Assembly (NCBI GenBank): GCA_963705305.1
Contig: OY970067.1
Location: 3,456,001 to 3,520,000 of the forward strand
Direction: 5' to 3'
Source of the DNA: an uncultured Methylomirabilota bacterium
Lineage (GTDB): Bacteria; Methylomirabilota; Methylomirabilia; Methylomirabilales; 2-02-FULL-66-22
DNA: 64,000 bases
The notes below the pieces were generated by a model. That model ran no database searches. It worked only from the letters and a program-made list of their open reading frames with translations, and was not told where the DNA came from. Positions 49,791 to 59,422 of this stretch are shown here, one piece after another. Both the position numbers and the translations under genes were made by a program. Each line of letters begins with the position of its first letter. The stretch's first letter is position 1.

Positions 49791-50609
49791 GTGGCCAATC
49801 TGATCCAGCAGTTCCGCTGGATTGACGCCCTGGACATTCTGATCGTGGCGTTTGCCATCTACCGGATCATCCTGGCGCTTCGCGGCACCCGGGCGTTCCA
49901 GATGCTGATCGGGCTGGCGTTCCTGTACCTGGCCTCCTGGGTGTCCATGCGCATCGGGCTAGTGACCGTCAACTGGGCCCTATCCAACCTGCTGGCCGTA
50001 TGGCTTCTGCTCCTGATCATCCTGTTCCAGCCGGAGCTGCGGCGGGCCCTGGCCAGTGTGGGGCGGCGGGGGAGCCTGCTGCGCGCCTTCTCCCGGTACC
50101 AAGAGGCCCACATGATCGACGAGGTGGTGCGCGCCGTCACCTCGCTGGCGGCGAAGAAGGTCGGGGCCATCATCGTCGTAGAGCGGGACTCCCGCCTGTC
50201 GGATATCGTGGATTCGGGGACGACCATCGATGCGGTCGTGTCGCGGCGACTGCTGGAGTCGATCTTCTATCCGTACTCCCCCTTGCACGACGGGGCGGTG
50301 ATCATCAGCGACGATCGGATCGTGGCGGGGGCATGCTTCCTGCCCCTCAGCATCAATCCCGACCTTCCGCGGGATCTCGGCACGCGCCATCGCGCGGCGG
50401 TGGGCGTCACGGAAGAGAGCGACGCCATTGCCATCGTGGTGTCGGAAGAGACGGGGACGATCTCGCTGGTGGTGGGGGGTGAGATCACCCGGAACCTGGA
50501 TGCGGGCGCTCTGCGGCAGCGGCTCAGCGGCATGCTGCGGCCGTCCATGAAGCCCTTCATGTGGGGGCGCGGGCGGGCCCAGGGCGCGCTGCGAAATCCG
50601 GCCGAGTAG
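49791..50609 (+). CDS. cdaA: Diadenylate cyclase CdaA
   Basis: Three TM helices, FQPELR, HDGA, GTRHRAA, VSEETG. Confidence 0.95.
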   Translation: MANLIQQFRWIDALDILIVAFAIYRIILALRGTRAFQMLIGLAFLYLASWVSMRIGLVTVNWALSNLLAVWLLLLIILFQPELRRALASVGRRGSLLRAFSRYQEAHMIDEVVRAVTSLAAKKVGAIIVVERDSRLSDIVDSGTTIDAVVSRRLLESIFYPYSPLHDGAVIISDDRIVAGACFLPLSINPDLPRDLGTRHRAAVGVTEESDAIAIVVSEETGTISLVVGGEITRNLDAGALRQRLSGMLRPSMKPFMWGRGRAQGALRNPAE

Positions 50610-50725
50610 GTGGGTGTGACGGCTCCCGGGGCCGAGCGGCCACGCCGACGCAGTCCGTCGGTGGGCGGGGCGGGGGGCGGAGAGCGGGCCGGCGGCGGCC
50701 GGTACGGGGGCGAGCCGAAGAGATC

Positions 50726-51373
50726 ATGCGGGCCTGGCTGCTCAACAACCTCGGGCTGAAGCTCCTTTCTCTGATCCTCGCCGTTCTGCTCTGGGCGGTC
50801 GTGCTCGGCGAGCAGAAGGTGGACGTGACCGTGAGCGTTCCCGTGGTCCTCAATCTGCCGCCCAAGATGGTTCTCATGAACAATCCGGGGGATTCGTTCG
50901 AGGTCCGCTTGCGGGGCCCCCAGACGCTGGTGACGAACCTTCCCGCGCGGCAGGTGGTGTTGGATCAGGTCCCGGACACGTTCGAGGAGGGGGAGAACAT
51001 CATCTCCGTCCTGCCGAGCATGTTCCGGGCGCCCCGCGGCATCCAGGTGGTGGACGTCACTCCGCATCGCCTGCAGGTGGTCCTGGAGCCCCTGGCCGAA
51101 CGCGAGGCCGAGGTGATTCCGCGCATGGAAGGAGAGTTGGCGCCGGGGTTCGTGCTGCGCGGAGTGACCGTGAGCCCGTCGAAGGTCCGGGTCAGCGGGC
51201 CGTCCAGCGAGCTCGAGCGACTGGCGCGCGTCCGCACCGCGCCCATCAACCTGGAGGGTCATACGGACCCGTTCTCCGTCCAGGTTCTGCTGGAGCCCCC
51301 GGAGCGCCTGGTGCGGGTGAAGGGATCCGCGACCGTGACGGTGCAGGTGGACATCGGGCCGAAGAAATCGTGA
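50726..51373 (+). CDS. cdaR: CdaR/YbbR-domain protein
   Basis: [16 protein letters not shown] anchor, V.L.GP and P.KV.VSGP YbbR repeats; lies between cdaA and glmM. Confidence 0.87.
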   Translation: MRAWLLNNLGLKLLSLILAVLLWAVVLGEQKVDVTVSVPVVLNLPPKMVLMNNPGDSFEVRLRGPQTLVTNLPARQVVLDQVPDTFEEGENIISVLPSMFRAPRGIQVVDVTPHRLQVVLEPLAEREAEVIPRMEGELAPGFVLRGVTVSPSKVRVSGPSSELERLARVRTAPINLEGHTDPFSVQVLLEPPERLVRVKGSATVTVQVDIGPKKS

Positions 51374-51432
51374 GACGCGCGGCCGGGCCCGACCGGGCGG
51401 CCGGCCGCGCGCCCGCGCGCACGGAGAGAGGA

Positions 51433-52782
51433 ATGGGGCGGCTGTTCGGAACGGACGGGGTGCGGGGCGTCGCCAACCAGGAGCCCATGACCCCCGAGAC
51501 GGTGGTCAAGCTGGGACGGGCGGCGGCCCACCTGCTCAAGGCCGGCGGCGACCAGCGCAGCATCGTCATCGGGAAGGACACGCGCCTGACGGGCTACATG
51601 CTGGAGACGGCGCTCACGGCCGGAATCACCTCCGTGGGGGTGGATGCGCTGCTGGTGGGGCCGCTGCCGACGCCGGGGATCGCCTTCATCACGCGGAGCC
51701 TGCGCGCCGATGCCGGCGTGGTCATCTCCGCCTCGCACAACTACTACGAGGACAACGGGATCAAGTTCTTCTCCGGGGACGGCCTGAAGCTTCCGGACGC
51801 CCTGGAGGCCCGCATCGAAGAGCTGATCCTGTCCGGGGCCATCGACCGGATCCGTCCGGGGGCGCGGGAGATCGGCAAGGCCTATCGCATCGGGGACGCG
51901 GTCGGGCGGTACATCGAGTTCGCCAAGAACACGTTCCCCAAGGGACTGACCCTCCGGGGGCTGAAGGTGGTAGTGGACTGCGCTCACGGGGCAACCTATC
52001 GGGTCACGCCCGCGGTCCTGCGCGAGTTGGGGGCGGATGTGGTCGCCCTCAACGTCGCTCCCGACGGGCTGAACATCAACGCCGGCTGCGGCTCGCTGCA
52101 TCCCGAAGGCCTGCAGCGGGCGGTGGTGGCCGAACGGGCCCATATCGGCTTTGCGCACGACGGGGACGGCGACCGCGTGCTGGCCGTGGACGAGCGGGGT
52201 GCGCTGGTCGACGGCGACCAGATCCTGGCCATGTGCGCCCTGGATCTGCTGGCGCGGGGACGCCTGCCGCAGGAGACGCTGGTCGTCACGGTGATGAGCA
52301 ATATCGGGCTCGAAGTGGCCATGCGGGAGCGGGGCATCCGGGTCATCCGGACGCCGGTCGGCGACCGCTCCGTACTCGAGGAGATGCTGCGCGGCGGCTA
52401 TGTCCTGGGCGGGGAGCAGTCGGGCCACATTATTTTCACCGAGCACAACACCACCGGCGACGGTCTGGTCACCGCGCTGCAGGTGCTGGCGACCATGCTT
52501 CGCGTGGGCAAGCCGTTCTCCGAGTTGGCGGCGTGCATGCCGCGCTTCCCTCAGATCCTGGAGAACGTCCGGGTTCGGCGCCGGACGGATTTGGAGACGC
52601 TGCCGGGGGTACAGGCGGCCATCCGGGAGGCGAGCGCCGCCTTGGGGGAGACCGGGCGCATCCTGGTCCGGTTCTCGGGCACCGAGCCGCTGGTGCGCGT
52701 CATGGTGGAAGGGCCCGAGGAGGCTGTGATCCGCCGTCTGGCGGGACAGATCGTGGACGCCGTGCGGGTCGCCCTCGGGTAG
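51433..52782 (+). CDS. glmM: Phosphoglucosamine mutase
   Basis: [32 protein letters not shown]. Confidence 0.97.
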   Translation: MGRLFGTDGVRGVANQEPMTPETVVKLGRAAAHLLKAGGDQRSIVIGKDTRLTGYMLETALTAGITSVGVDALLVGPLPTPGIAFITRSLRADAGVVISASHNYYEDNGIKFFSGDGLKLPDALEARIEELILSGAIDRIRPGAREIGKAYRIGDAVGRYIEFAKNTFPKGLTLRGLKVVVDCAHGATYRVTPAVLRELGADVVALNVAPDGLNINAGCGSLHPEGLQRAVVAERAHIGFAHDGDGDRVLAVDERGALVDGDQILAMCALDLLARGRLPQETLVVTVMSNIGLEVAMRERGIRVIRTPVGDRSVLEEMLRGGYVLGGEQSGHIIFTEHNTTGDGLVTALQVLATMLRVGKPFSELAACMPRFPQILENVRVRRRTDLETLPGVQAAIREASAALGETGRILVRFSGTEPLVRVMVEGPEEAVIRRLAGQIVDAVRVALG

Positions 52783-52847
52783 ACGGCGATGGAGGCGCGC
52801 AGCTCCGGCGGCCTGCCGCTCCGCCGGAGAAGGAGCAGCGGGACGGT

Positions 52848-53576
52848 ATGACCACCCTCTTTGTCGGGCTGGACGCGATGGTGGCCCTTCGCCGGTCGGG
52901 CGGGGGCCGTGACCCGGATCCCGCCCTGGCGGCCGCGCTGGCCGAGCTGGCCGGCGCGGAGGGCATTTGCATCGGCTGCCGGCGCGGGCGAGACGAGTCG
53001 ACGGTCCGAGACCTGCGGGTTCTCCGGGAGGTGGTCCGGACCACCCTGAACGTCTGCCTCTCCCCGGCGGAGGAGTGCCTCAGTGTGGTGCTGGATGTGC
53101 GGCCCGACCTGGCAACTTTCGTCTCCGAGTCGCGAGAGGGGTCCGGCGCGGACCAGGGGGTGGACGTTGAGGATCGCCGGGAGGAGCTCCTGCCCATGGT
53201 CGAGTCGCTCAAGAGCAGCGGGATTGCCGTGGGGGTCCTGGTGGATCCCAGTCCGACGCAGGTCAAGGCGGCACACCGGCTGGGGGCGGGGGTGGTCGTG
53301 CTGCACACCGGACGACTGGCCTGGGCGTCTGAACCGGCGGGGCGTGAGGCGGAGTTCGAGCGACTGGTGAACGCGGCCAAGATCGGACAGCGGCTGGGCC
53401 TTGCCATCCACGCCGCCGGGGGCCTGCACTACCAGAGCGTGGTGCCCGTTGCCCAGGTGGAGGAGGTCGAGACGGTCCACGTCGGGCACGGCCTGGCGGC
53501 CCGGGCCGCCCTGGTGGGCGTGCAGGAGGCGGTGCGCGAGATGCTGCGGAAGCTGGCCGGTGGCCGGAGCCGATGA
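52848..53576 (+). CDS. pdxJ: PdxJ (PNP synthase) homologue with a degenerate active site
   Basis: Length (242 aa), PDP..AA..AE.AGA.GI, LHTG and VGH motifs, and the glmM-pdxJ-acpS context; catalytic His/Glu residues replaced. Confidence 0.8.
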   Translation: MTTLFVGLDAMVALRRSGGGRDPDPALAAALAELAGAEGICIGCRRGRDESTVRDLRVLREVVRTTLNVCLSPAEECLSVVLDVRPDLATFVSESREGSGADQGVDVEDRREELLPMVESLKSSGIAVGVLVDPSPTQVKAAHRLGAGVVVLHTGRLAWASEPAGREAEFERLVNAAKIGQRLGLAIHAAGGLHYQSVVPVAQVEEVETVHVGHGLAARAALVGVQEAVREMLRKLAGGRSR

Positions 53577-53947
53577 TCCTGGGGTTGGGGACGGACCTGG
53601 TTCTGGTTTCCCGCGTGGAGCGCCTCCTCGTCCGCCATCGCGAGCGGTTCCTCGAACGAGTCTTCACAGCGGAGGAGTGCGCCGATTGCCTGGGCCGGGC
53701 GCGTCCGGCCCAGCACCTGGCCGCCCGCATGGCCGCCAAGGAGGCGGCCATGAAAGCCCTGGGCAGCGGCTGGGGGATGGGCGTGTCGTGGCAGGACATC
53801 GAGGTGCGGGCAGGGGGCGGGCCGCCGACGCTCTGCCTGCAGGGGGCGGCTCGCCGGCATGCGGAGCGCCTGGGGATCCGCCGGACGCTGGTCAGCCTGT
53901 CCCACGAGGGCGACTACGCCCTGGCGGTGGTGGTCGCCTCGGATTGA
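53573..53947 (+). CDS. acpS: Holo-ACP synthase
   Basis: GLGTDLV..R, AAR.AAKEA..KALG, SLSH. Confidence 0.95.
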   Translation: MILGLGTDLVLVSRVERLLVRHRERFLERVFTAEECADCLGRARPAQHLAARMAAKEAAMKALGSGWGMGVSWQDIEVRAGGGPPTLCLQGAARRHAERLGIRRTLVSLSHEGDYALAVVVASD

Positions 53948-53993
53948 GGCAGGACGGCGGGAGCGGGTCTGGCGGCCTGGAGGACGGGGCGGG

Positions 53994-55610
53994 ATGATCA
54001 AGGCGGTGACCGCGGACGAGATGCGGGAGATGGACCGGCGGACCGTGGCTGAGTTCGGTCTGCCCTCGCTCCTCCTGATGGAGAATGCGGGCGCGGAGAC
54101 GGCCCGGGAGATGCTCTCCGCCTTTCCGCGGCTCCGCCGCTCCTCGGTGGTCATCCTGTGCGGGCGGGGGAACAACGGCGGGGATGGCTTCGTGGTGGCG
54201 CGGCGCCTGCTGGCGCAGGGCGCGGCCGTGCGGACGCTCCTGCTGGGCCGGCGCGAAGAAGTGCGGGGCGACGCCCGCATCAACCTGGAGATCCTCGAGA
54301 AGCTAGGGGCGGCCCCGACGGAAATTCCCGCCGCCGACGGCCTCTCCGCCGTCCGGGAGCATCTCGCGGCCGCGGACGTGGTCGTGGACGCCCTGCTGGG
54401 GACGGGCGCCCAGGGACCGGCCCGGGGCTTTCTGGCCGAGGCCATAGCCGCCATCAATGCGGCCGGACGCCCCGTGGTATCGGTGGACATTCCCTCGGGG
54501 TTGGGGGCCGATGATCCCGATCCTCCCGGCCCGGCCGTACGCGCCACCCTCACCGTGACATTCGCGCTCCCCAAGCGGAGCCTGCTCCTGTTTCCGGGGG
54601 CGGCGTATGCGGGGACGCTGAAGATCGCGGACATCGGCATCCCGCGGCGGCTCGCGGCCGACCCGGCGCTCCCGGTGGGACTCCTGGAGGCGGCCGATGT
54701 GGCGCCGGCGTTTCCCCGCCGCGATCCGGCCTCCCACAAGGGTACCTTCGGACACGTCCTGGTGATCGCGGGCTCGGTTGGCAAGACGGGCGCGGCCGCC
54801 CTGGCCGGCCTGGGGGCCCAGCGGGTGGGGGCGGGGCTGGTGACGCTGGCGGTCCCGCAGAGCCTGAACGCCATCCTGGAGGTCAAGCTGACCGAGGTCA
54901 TGACCGTTCCCATCCCGGAGACCGACGCGCAGACCATGAGCCTCCGCGCCTTCGAGCCGTTGCTCCGACTGGCGGAGGCCAAGACCGCGATCGCGATCGG
55001 CCCGGGCCTGGGGACGCACCCGGAGACGCAGGAGCTGGTCCGGAAGCTCCTCGTGGGCCTCCGGCTGCCTCTGGTCGTGGATGCCGATGGTCTGAATGCG
55101 CTGGCGGGTCGCGCCGATATTTTGGCGCAGGCGTCGGGGCCGGTGGTACTAACCCCCCACCCCGGGGAGTTCTCCCGGCTGCTGGGGCTGGACCGGGACG
55201 TGCTGCTGAGGCGGCGTCTTTCGCTTGTTCGCGAGACGGCCCAGCGGCTGCATCTGACCGTGGTCTTGAAGACGGCCCGGACGCTGGTGGCCGGGCCGGA
55301 AGGCGACACCGCCATCGTTCCCACCGGCAATCCGGGAATGGCGACCGGGGGCACGGGAGACGTGCTGACTGGCCTCATGGCCGGGCTCCTGGCCCAGGGG
55401 GTGGCGCCGGTGCAGGCGGCCCGCGCCGCCGCCTATCTGCACGGCCTGGCCGGCGACCTGGCGGCCGAGCGGCTGGGGGCGGAGAGCATGCTCGCGGGAG
55501 ACCTGCTGGAGTCCGTTCCGGAGGCGATCCGGCGGGTGAAGGCTGCGGCGGACGATGGGGGCGGCCCGGCGACCGGGCGACCGGGTCATCCGGGGGGGTC
55601 CGGGGCCTGA
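53994..55610 (+). CDS. nnr: Bifunctional NAD(P)H-hydrate epimerase/dehydratase
   Basis: LMENAG, G.GNNGGDG, DALLGTG, VDIPSG, HKG..G, IGPGLG, DADGL, TPHPGE, GGTGDVL. Confidence 0.95.
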   Translation: MIKAVTADEMREMDRRTVAEFGLPSLLLMENAGAETAREMLSAFPRLRRSSVVILCGRGNNGGDGFVVARRLLAQGAAVRTLLLGRREEVRGDARINLEILEKLGAAPTEIPAADGLSAVREHLAAADVVVDALLGTGAQGPARGFLAEAIAAINAAGRPVVSVDIPSGLGADDPDPPGPAVRATLTVTFALPKRSLLLFPGAAYAGTLKIADIGIPRRLAADPALPVGLLEAADVAPAFPRRDPASHKGTFGHVLVIAGSVGKTGAAALAGLGAQRVGAGLVTLAVPQSLNAILEVKLTEVMTVPIPETDAQTMSLRAFEPLLRLAEAKTAIAIGPGLGTHPETQELVRKLLVGLRLPLVVDADGLNALAGRADILAQASGPVVLTPHPGEFSRLLGLDRDVLLRRRLSLVRETAQRLHLTVVLKTARTLVAGPEGDTAIVPTGNPGMATGGTGDVLTGLMAGLLAQGVAPVQAARAAAYLHGLAGDLAAERLGAESMLAGDLLESVPEAIRRVKAAADDGGGPATGRPGHPGGSGA

Positions 55611-55654
55611 AGATCGGGAGCCGGGGGCCGTGGCGAACGGCCGGGGGGGTCGCC

Positions 55655-56989
55655 ATGCAGATCGAGAAGAACGCGGACAAGCTGGTCAAGACGCTGCGGG
55701 TCATGATCCAGGACGAGCCGGGCTATCTCGGCAGGCTCTGCACGGCCATCGGCCAGGCGCGCGGGAACATCGGCGAGATACACATGGTGCGCGTCGGGCT
55801 GACCCGCATCGCCCGGGATCTTACGGTCTACGTGGATGACGAGCCCCACCTGCAGCGGGTGCTGGAGGCGATCCGTCCCCTCCAGGGGATCGAGGTGGTC
55901 GAGGTCGTGGATGAGGTCCTCAAGCGCCACGAGGGGGGCAAGATCGCCACCGTCTCGCGGTACCCGCTGGACAGCATCGCGGACGTGCGCAAGGTCTACA
56001 CCCCCGGTGTGGCCACCGTCTGCCGGCTCATCCACGCCGACCCCGACCTGGCGTCCCGCTATACCAGCATCGGCAACACGGTGGCCATCGTGACCAACGG
56101 GACCGCCGTCCTCGGGCTGGGCAACATCGGCCCCGTCGCAGGCATGCCGGTGATGGAAGGCAAGGCGGTGCTCCTGGAGCGGCTGGTGGGGGTGAACGGG
56201 GTTCCCATCCTGCTCACGACCCGGGATGCGACCGAGTTCGTCGAGGCCGTGAGCGGCATCGGGATGACCTTCGGGGCCATCAACCTGGAAGATGTCGCCG
56301 CGCCGGACTGCTTCGAGATCGAGCGGCGGCTTCAGGAGGCGCTGGACATCCCGGTGATGCATGACGACCAGCACGGCACCGGCGTGGTGGTGCTGGCCTC
56401 CCTGCTCCGCGCCTGTGCGCTGAGCGGCCTGACGCTGGCCCAGCAGACGGTCGGCATCATCGGCCTGGGAGCCGCCGGCATGGGCATCTCCAAGCTGCTG
56501 CTCTCCTACGGGGTCACGCGCCTCATCGGGACGGATTTGAAAGCGGAGGCGATGCAGCGACTGGAGGAGAGCGGGGGGCGGCGAGCGAGCCTGGAGGGGG
56601 TGATGGGGGAGGCCACCATCGTGGTGGCCACCACGGGGGCCCCCGGCCTGATTGCGCCCAGCCTGGTCCGGCGGGGGCAGGTGATCCTGGCCCTGTCCAA
56701 TCCCAACGCCGAGATCCAGCCGGAGCGGGCGCTGGCGGCGGGCGCGGCGTTCGCTGCGGACGGGAAGCTGGTGAACAACGCCCTCTCCTTCCCCGGGATC
56801 TTCCGGGGGGCGCTGGACACGCGCGCCCGGCGCATCACGGATGCCATGAAGATCACCGCGGCGGAAACCATTGCGGCGCGGGCGCCGGAGGGAGAGCTGG
56901 TGCCGGAGCTTCTGGACCGCACGATGCACCAGGCAGTGGCCCGGGCGGTCGCCGAGGCGGCAGTGCGATCGGGCGTGGCGCGCGCCTAG
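55655..56989 (+). CDS. NAD-dependent malic enzyme with an N-terminal ACT domain
   Basis: YTPGV, TNGTAVLGLG, MEGK, NLED, HDDQHGT, LSNP, NNAL.FPG; ACT-like DEPGYLG. Confidence 0.92.
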   Translation: MQIEKNADKLVKTLRVMIQDEPGYLGRLCTAIGQARGNIGEIHMVRVGLTRIARDLTVYVDDEPHLQRVLEAIRPLQGIEVVEVVDEVLKRHEGGKIATVSRYPLDSIADVRKVYTPGVATVCRLIHADPDLASRYTSIGNTVAIVTNGTAVLGLGNIGPVAGMPVMEGKAVLLERLVGVNGVPILLTTRDATEFVEAVSGIGMTFGAINLEDVAAPDCFEIERRLQEALDIPVMHDDQHGTGVVVLASLLRACALSGLTLAQQTVGIIGLGAAGMGISKLLLSYGVTRLIGTDLKAEAMQRLEESGGRRASLEGVMGEATIVVATTGAPGLIAPSLVRRGQVILALSNPNAEIQPERALAAGAAFAADGKLVNNALSFPGIFRGALDTRARRITDAMKITAAETIAARAPEGELVPELLDRTMHQAVARAVAEAAVRSGVARA

Positions 56990-57221
56990 GAGGCTGCTGA
57001 AAAACCCATTTTCGGTCAGGCTGCTCAAAAAGGCCCAGATGTCCCTCGACTTCGCTCGGGACCGTGAGCCCGCCGAACGGCAAGGCACCTCGCCGGGTAC
57101 CCATCCGCAGGATGGGTGCAGGCGCGAGGCGTACTCAGTATGTACGTCGCAGCGCCGCGGGAGCGCGGGGGCACCCGTCCGAAGGATGGGTCTCCGCAGA
57201 TGGGACTTTTTCAGCAGCCTG
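56990..57221 (-). mobile_element. MITE family A copy 6
   Basis: CTAG direct repeats at 56986-56989 (malic enzyme stop) and 57222-57225; GAGGCTGCTGAAAAA..TTTTTCAGCAGCCTG. Confidence 0.88.
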
Positions 57222-57256
57222 CTAGGCGGGCGGGGCCCCGGATTCGAGTACAGAGC

Positions 57257-57787
57257 ATGACGGTGCTGTCGCTTGGGGAGTGCGTGCTGGGCTGGGAGTC
57301 CGCGTCGGCGGAGGCGACCGAGGCGATGGGGGCGGCACTGGGACGCCTGCTATCGCCGGGCGATGTGGTGGCCCTGTTCGGGGAGCTGGGGAGCGGCAAG
57401 ACGGTGTTCGTGCGGGGCCTGGCCCGGGGACTCGGGTGCGATCCGGCGGAGGTCCACAGCCCCACCTTCACGCTGATCCACGAGTACGGCGGGATGCCCC
57501 GGGGGGGGCGGACCGCGCGGCTCGTGCACGTCGATCTGTACCGGATCCGGTCCGAGGACGAGGTGCCGGGGATCGGCTGGGACGCCTACATGAATTCCCG
57601 CGACGTGGTAGCGGTGGAGTGGGCGGAGCGGGCGGGCGGCCTGCTTCCCGGGGATCATCTGCGGGTTTGGCTGGAGGTGGCGGACGCCGATTGCCGCCGG
57701 CTGCGCGGGCAGGCTACGGGCCCGCGGTCCCTCGCGATCCTCTGCGAGTGGGTCGCCGCGGCGGGAGTGGCGGTGCAGGCCGCGTAA
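57257..57787 (+). CDS. tsaE: t6A biosynthesis ATPase TsaE
   Basis: GELGSGKT, SPTFTL..EY, HVDLYR, VEW. Confidence 0.93.
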   Translation: MTVLSLGECVLGWESASAEATEAMGAALGRLLSPGDVVALFGELGSGKTVFVRGLARGLGCDPAEVHSPTFTLIHEYGGMPRGGRTARLVHVDLYRIRSEDEVPGIGWDAYMNSRDVVAVEWAERAGGLLPGDHLRVWLEVADADCRRLRGQATGPRSLAILCEWVAAAGVAVQAA

Positions 57788-57788
57788 G

Positions 57789-57866
57789 CGAAATTCGAAT
57801 TTCGAACTTCGAATTTCGAAATTGAAGAACTCGAATCTCACGCCAAGCCGCAAAGGTCGCAAAGGA
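57789..57866. repeat. Heptamer (CGAAWTT-like) x5 palindromic array plus CGCAAAG nonamer repeats
   Basis: CGAAATT CGAATTT CGAACTT CGAATTT CGAAATT; CGCCAAG.. CGCAAAGGT CGCAAAGGA. Confidence 0.7.
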
Positions 57867-57941
57867 AAGCACGGACAAGGGGGAGTTCAAGGCTGGAATC
57901 TGAACGTTGATTGCGGATCGCTGAAGGCTGGGAGAATTCCC

Positions 57942-59345
57942 ATGAAAAATATGTGCCATCGTGACTGCCGGTGGCTGATCGCGGTGGCGGTCTTTCTGCT
58001 CGTGACGGCCGGCATCGCCGGACCGCCGGGGGAGGCGGCCCTGTGGCGGGACGCCGGCGGGGAGGGTGCGCGCCAGAACCCCGACCTCGCCCGGCTCAAC
58101 GGCGCGCTGATCAGCCTGGTGCGGGAGCTGCGGCCGGCGGTGGTGCAGATCGGGGTCCGCGGCGTCGAGCCGTCGGAGGAAGACCTGCCGCCGGGGCATC
58201 CGCCGCTGCCGCCCGAGGAGGCGGCCAAGCTCGGATCCGGCGTGGTCCTCACCCCGGACGGCTACATCCTGACCAACCAGCACGTGGTGGCGGACGGCAC
58301 TTCGATCGAGGTCCACTTCATGGGCGGCAAGGAGTTGCCGGGCCGACTGGTCGGCCAGGACGCGCGCGTGGATCTGGCCCTCATCAAGGTCGAGGCCAGC
58401 GGCCTGCCGGTCCTCCCGCTGGGTGACTCGGATGCCACGGAGGTCGGCGAGTTGGTGCTGGCCATCGGCAGTCCCTTCGGCCTGGAAGACTCCGTGAGCC
58501 TGGGCATCGTCAATCGCAAGGGACGGACCCCCGGCGCGCGCGCCTTCGTGGATTACATCCAGACGGACGCATCCGTCAACCCGGGGAATAGCGGCGGCCC
58601 CCTCCTCAACATGCGGGGGGAGGTGATCGGGATCAATACCGCCATCATTCCGAACCGCCGCGTTGCCTTCGCCATCCCGATCAATCTCGCCAAACGGCTC
58701 CTTCCGGATCTCCAGGCCCATGGACGGATCGCCTGGGGCTTTCTGGGCGTCGGGATCCAGGTCCTCACCAGGGACCTGGCGCGGGCCGTGGGTGCCGGAG
58801 ACGCCGGAGGGGTTTTGGTGAACAACGTCCTCGCCGGGCACGCCGCCGCCCAGGCCGGCATCCGCCGCGGCGACATCATTCTTGCGTTTGACGGCACGCG
58901 AACCCCCTCCGTAGTGGACCTGCAGCGGGTGGTGGCCTTCACGCCCGTCGGGAAGCGGGTCGCCGTGCAGCTCCTCCGCGGGGGCAGCCTGGAGACGCTG
59001 ACCGTGACCGTGAGGGAAGCCCCGCTGCCCGAAAGGCAGGCCGCGGTCCGGCCCGCTGCGCGGGACCTGGGCATGACGGTGGAAGATCTGGATGCGGAAA
59101 AGGCCAGGAAGCTCAAGCTGCCCGAGGGGACGACCGGACCGGTGGTGACCGAGGTGACCAAAGACGGGCCTGCCGCCGCCGGCGGCATCCGCATCGGGGA
59201 TCTCGTCCGCGAGGTGAATCGCCGCGAGGTGGGCTCGGTGGAAGGATTTCGAAGCGGGCTGCGCGCGCAAGGGGACGAGCCCGATCTCCTGCTGCTCCAG
59301 CGGGGAGAACAGTTCTTCTATGTGGCCGTAAAACCCAAACCGTGA
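57942..59345 (+). CDS. HtrA/DegP-family serine protease with two PDZ domains
   Basis: Signal peptide; TNQHVV, DLALIKV, QTDASVNPGNSGG; two PDZ domains. Confidence 0.93.
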   Translation: MKNMCHRDCRWLIAVAVFLLVTAGIAGPPGEAALWRDAGGEGARQNPDLARLNGALISLVRELRPAVVQIGVRGVEPSEEDLPPGHPPLPPEEAAKLGSGVVLTPDGYILTNQHVVADGTSIEVHFMGGKELPGRLVGQDARVDLALIKVEASGLPVLPLGDSDATEVGELVLAIGSPFGLEDSVSLGIVNRKGRTPGARAFVDYIQTDASVNPGNSGGPLLNMRGEVIGINTAIIPNRRVAFAIPINLAKRLLPDLQAHGRIAWGFLGVGIQVLTRDLARAVGAGDAGGVLVNNVLAGHAAAQAGIRRGDIILAFDGTRTPSVVDLQRVVAFTPVGKRVAVQLLRGGSLETLTVTVREAPLPERQAAVRPAARDLGMTVEDLDAEKARKLKLPEGTTGPVVTEVTKDGPAAAGGIRIGDLVREVNRREVGSVEGFRSGLRAQGDEPDLLLLQRGEQFFYVAVKPKP

Positions 59346-59422
59346 CTCGGCGGCCGCGCGATCGGCGATTCGGTCGCATGGGTCGGCACGGCCGGCGGCA
59401 GGCCGTGGGTACGAGGTGAGCC

